DNA of 64,000 bases. Source: Phoronis australis (Eukaryota > Animalia > Phoronida). The stretch lies in the NCBI GenBank assembly GCA_002633005.1, contig NMRA01000097.1:645734-709733 (forward strand), in the 5' to 3' direction. Numbering within the stretch: position 1 is the first letter of the stretch; every line of letters begins with the position of its first letter. Positions 63,543 to 64,000 of this stretch are shown one piece after another. The notes beneath the pieces were generated by a model that was not told the DNA's origin, made no database searches, and saw only the letters and a list, made by a program, of their open reading frames with translations. Both the position numbers and the translations under genes were made by a program.

Positions 63543-64000
63543 GTAAGTTTTAAATGACAACAATAAAACGTTTACCGACAGCCATTCTGCATTTGATATG
63601 TTTTAAAACGTTTTTAAAAGTGAAATTCTCCAGTTAGTCGATGGTTCACATAAATTACGTCACTGAGTTCCGCTTAAAACGTCACAATTTGCCTTGTTTA
63701 TTGGCTAATAACGAAATTTGAATTAGACCTTTTACTCTCATAAAATCGACGTCGTGATATTCCTTTCCGTAATAAGATTCCAGGTATTTCCATATACTAA
63801 CAAAAAAACATCGATCATGCATGCCCATCGGTGAATAAACTTTATCACGGAGTTACAGTCTAAATCAAAAGCTTGATTCTTTGATAATTAAAGCAGGGTG
63901 AAAGCCGTTGTAGCATGTTCAAAACAGTACAATGAAATACAAAAATAATGACATAGGCGGGTCAAGGGGGTCTGGATGGCCCATTTTTCCCTTGAGTAGT

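Overview
AT-rich, intron-rich animal (invertebrate-type) genomic DNA, not prokaryotic, so most short ORFs in the track are noise or exon fragments. Splicing GT-AG exons by hand gives five gene models. (1) A + strand membrane protein (exons 2615-2947 and 4658-6174; 5' end not found) with an Ig-like ectodomain exon, one TM helix, and a cytoplasmic helical region ending in a domain resembling the dynein heavy-chain microtubule-binding domain. (2) eIF3J (- strand, 9 exons, 236 aa). (3) A divergently transcribed FAM221B-like gene (+, 8 coding exons, about 473 aa). (4) TUBGCP4/GCP4 (+, 16 exons, about 656 aa). (5) The first two exons of a secreted protein with a bacterial-type beta-propeller signature, running off the window end. 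Introns and intergenic DNA hold MITEs with 5-bp and 6-bp target-site duplications, tRNA-derived remnants, minisatellites, local duplications and a decayed THAP domain. The most unusual items are the receptor-like protein with a dynein-MTBD-like tail and the intron-containing bacterial-type gene. All family assignments are from motif recognition by eye; no searches were run.
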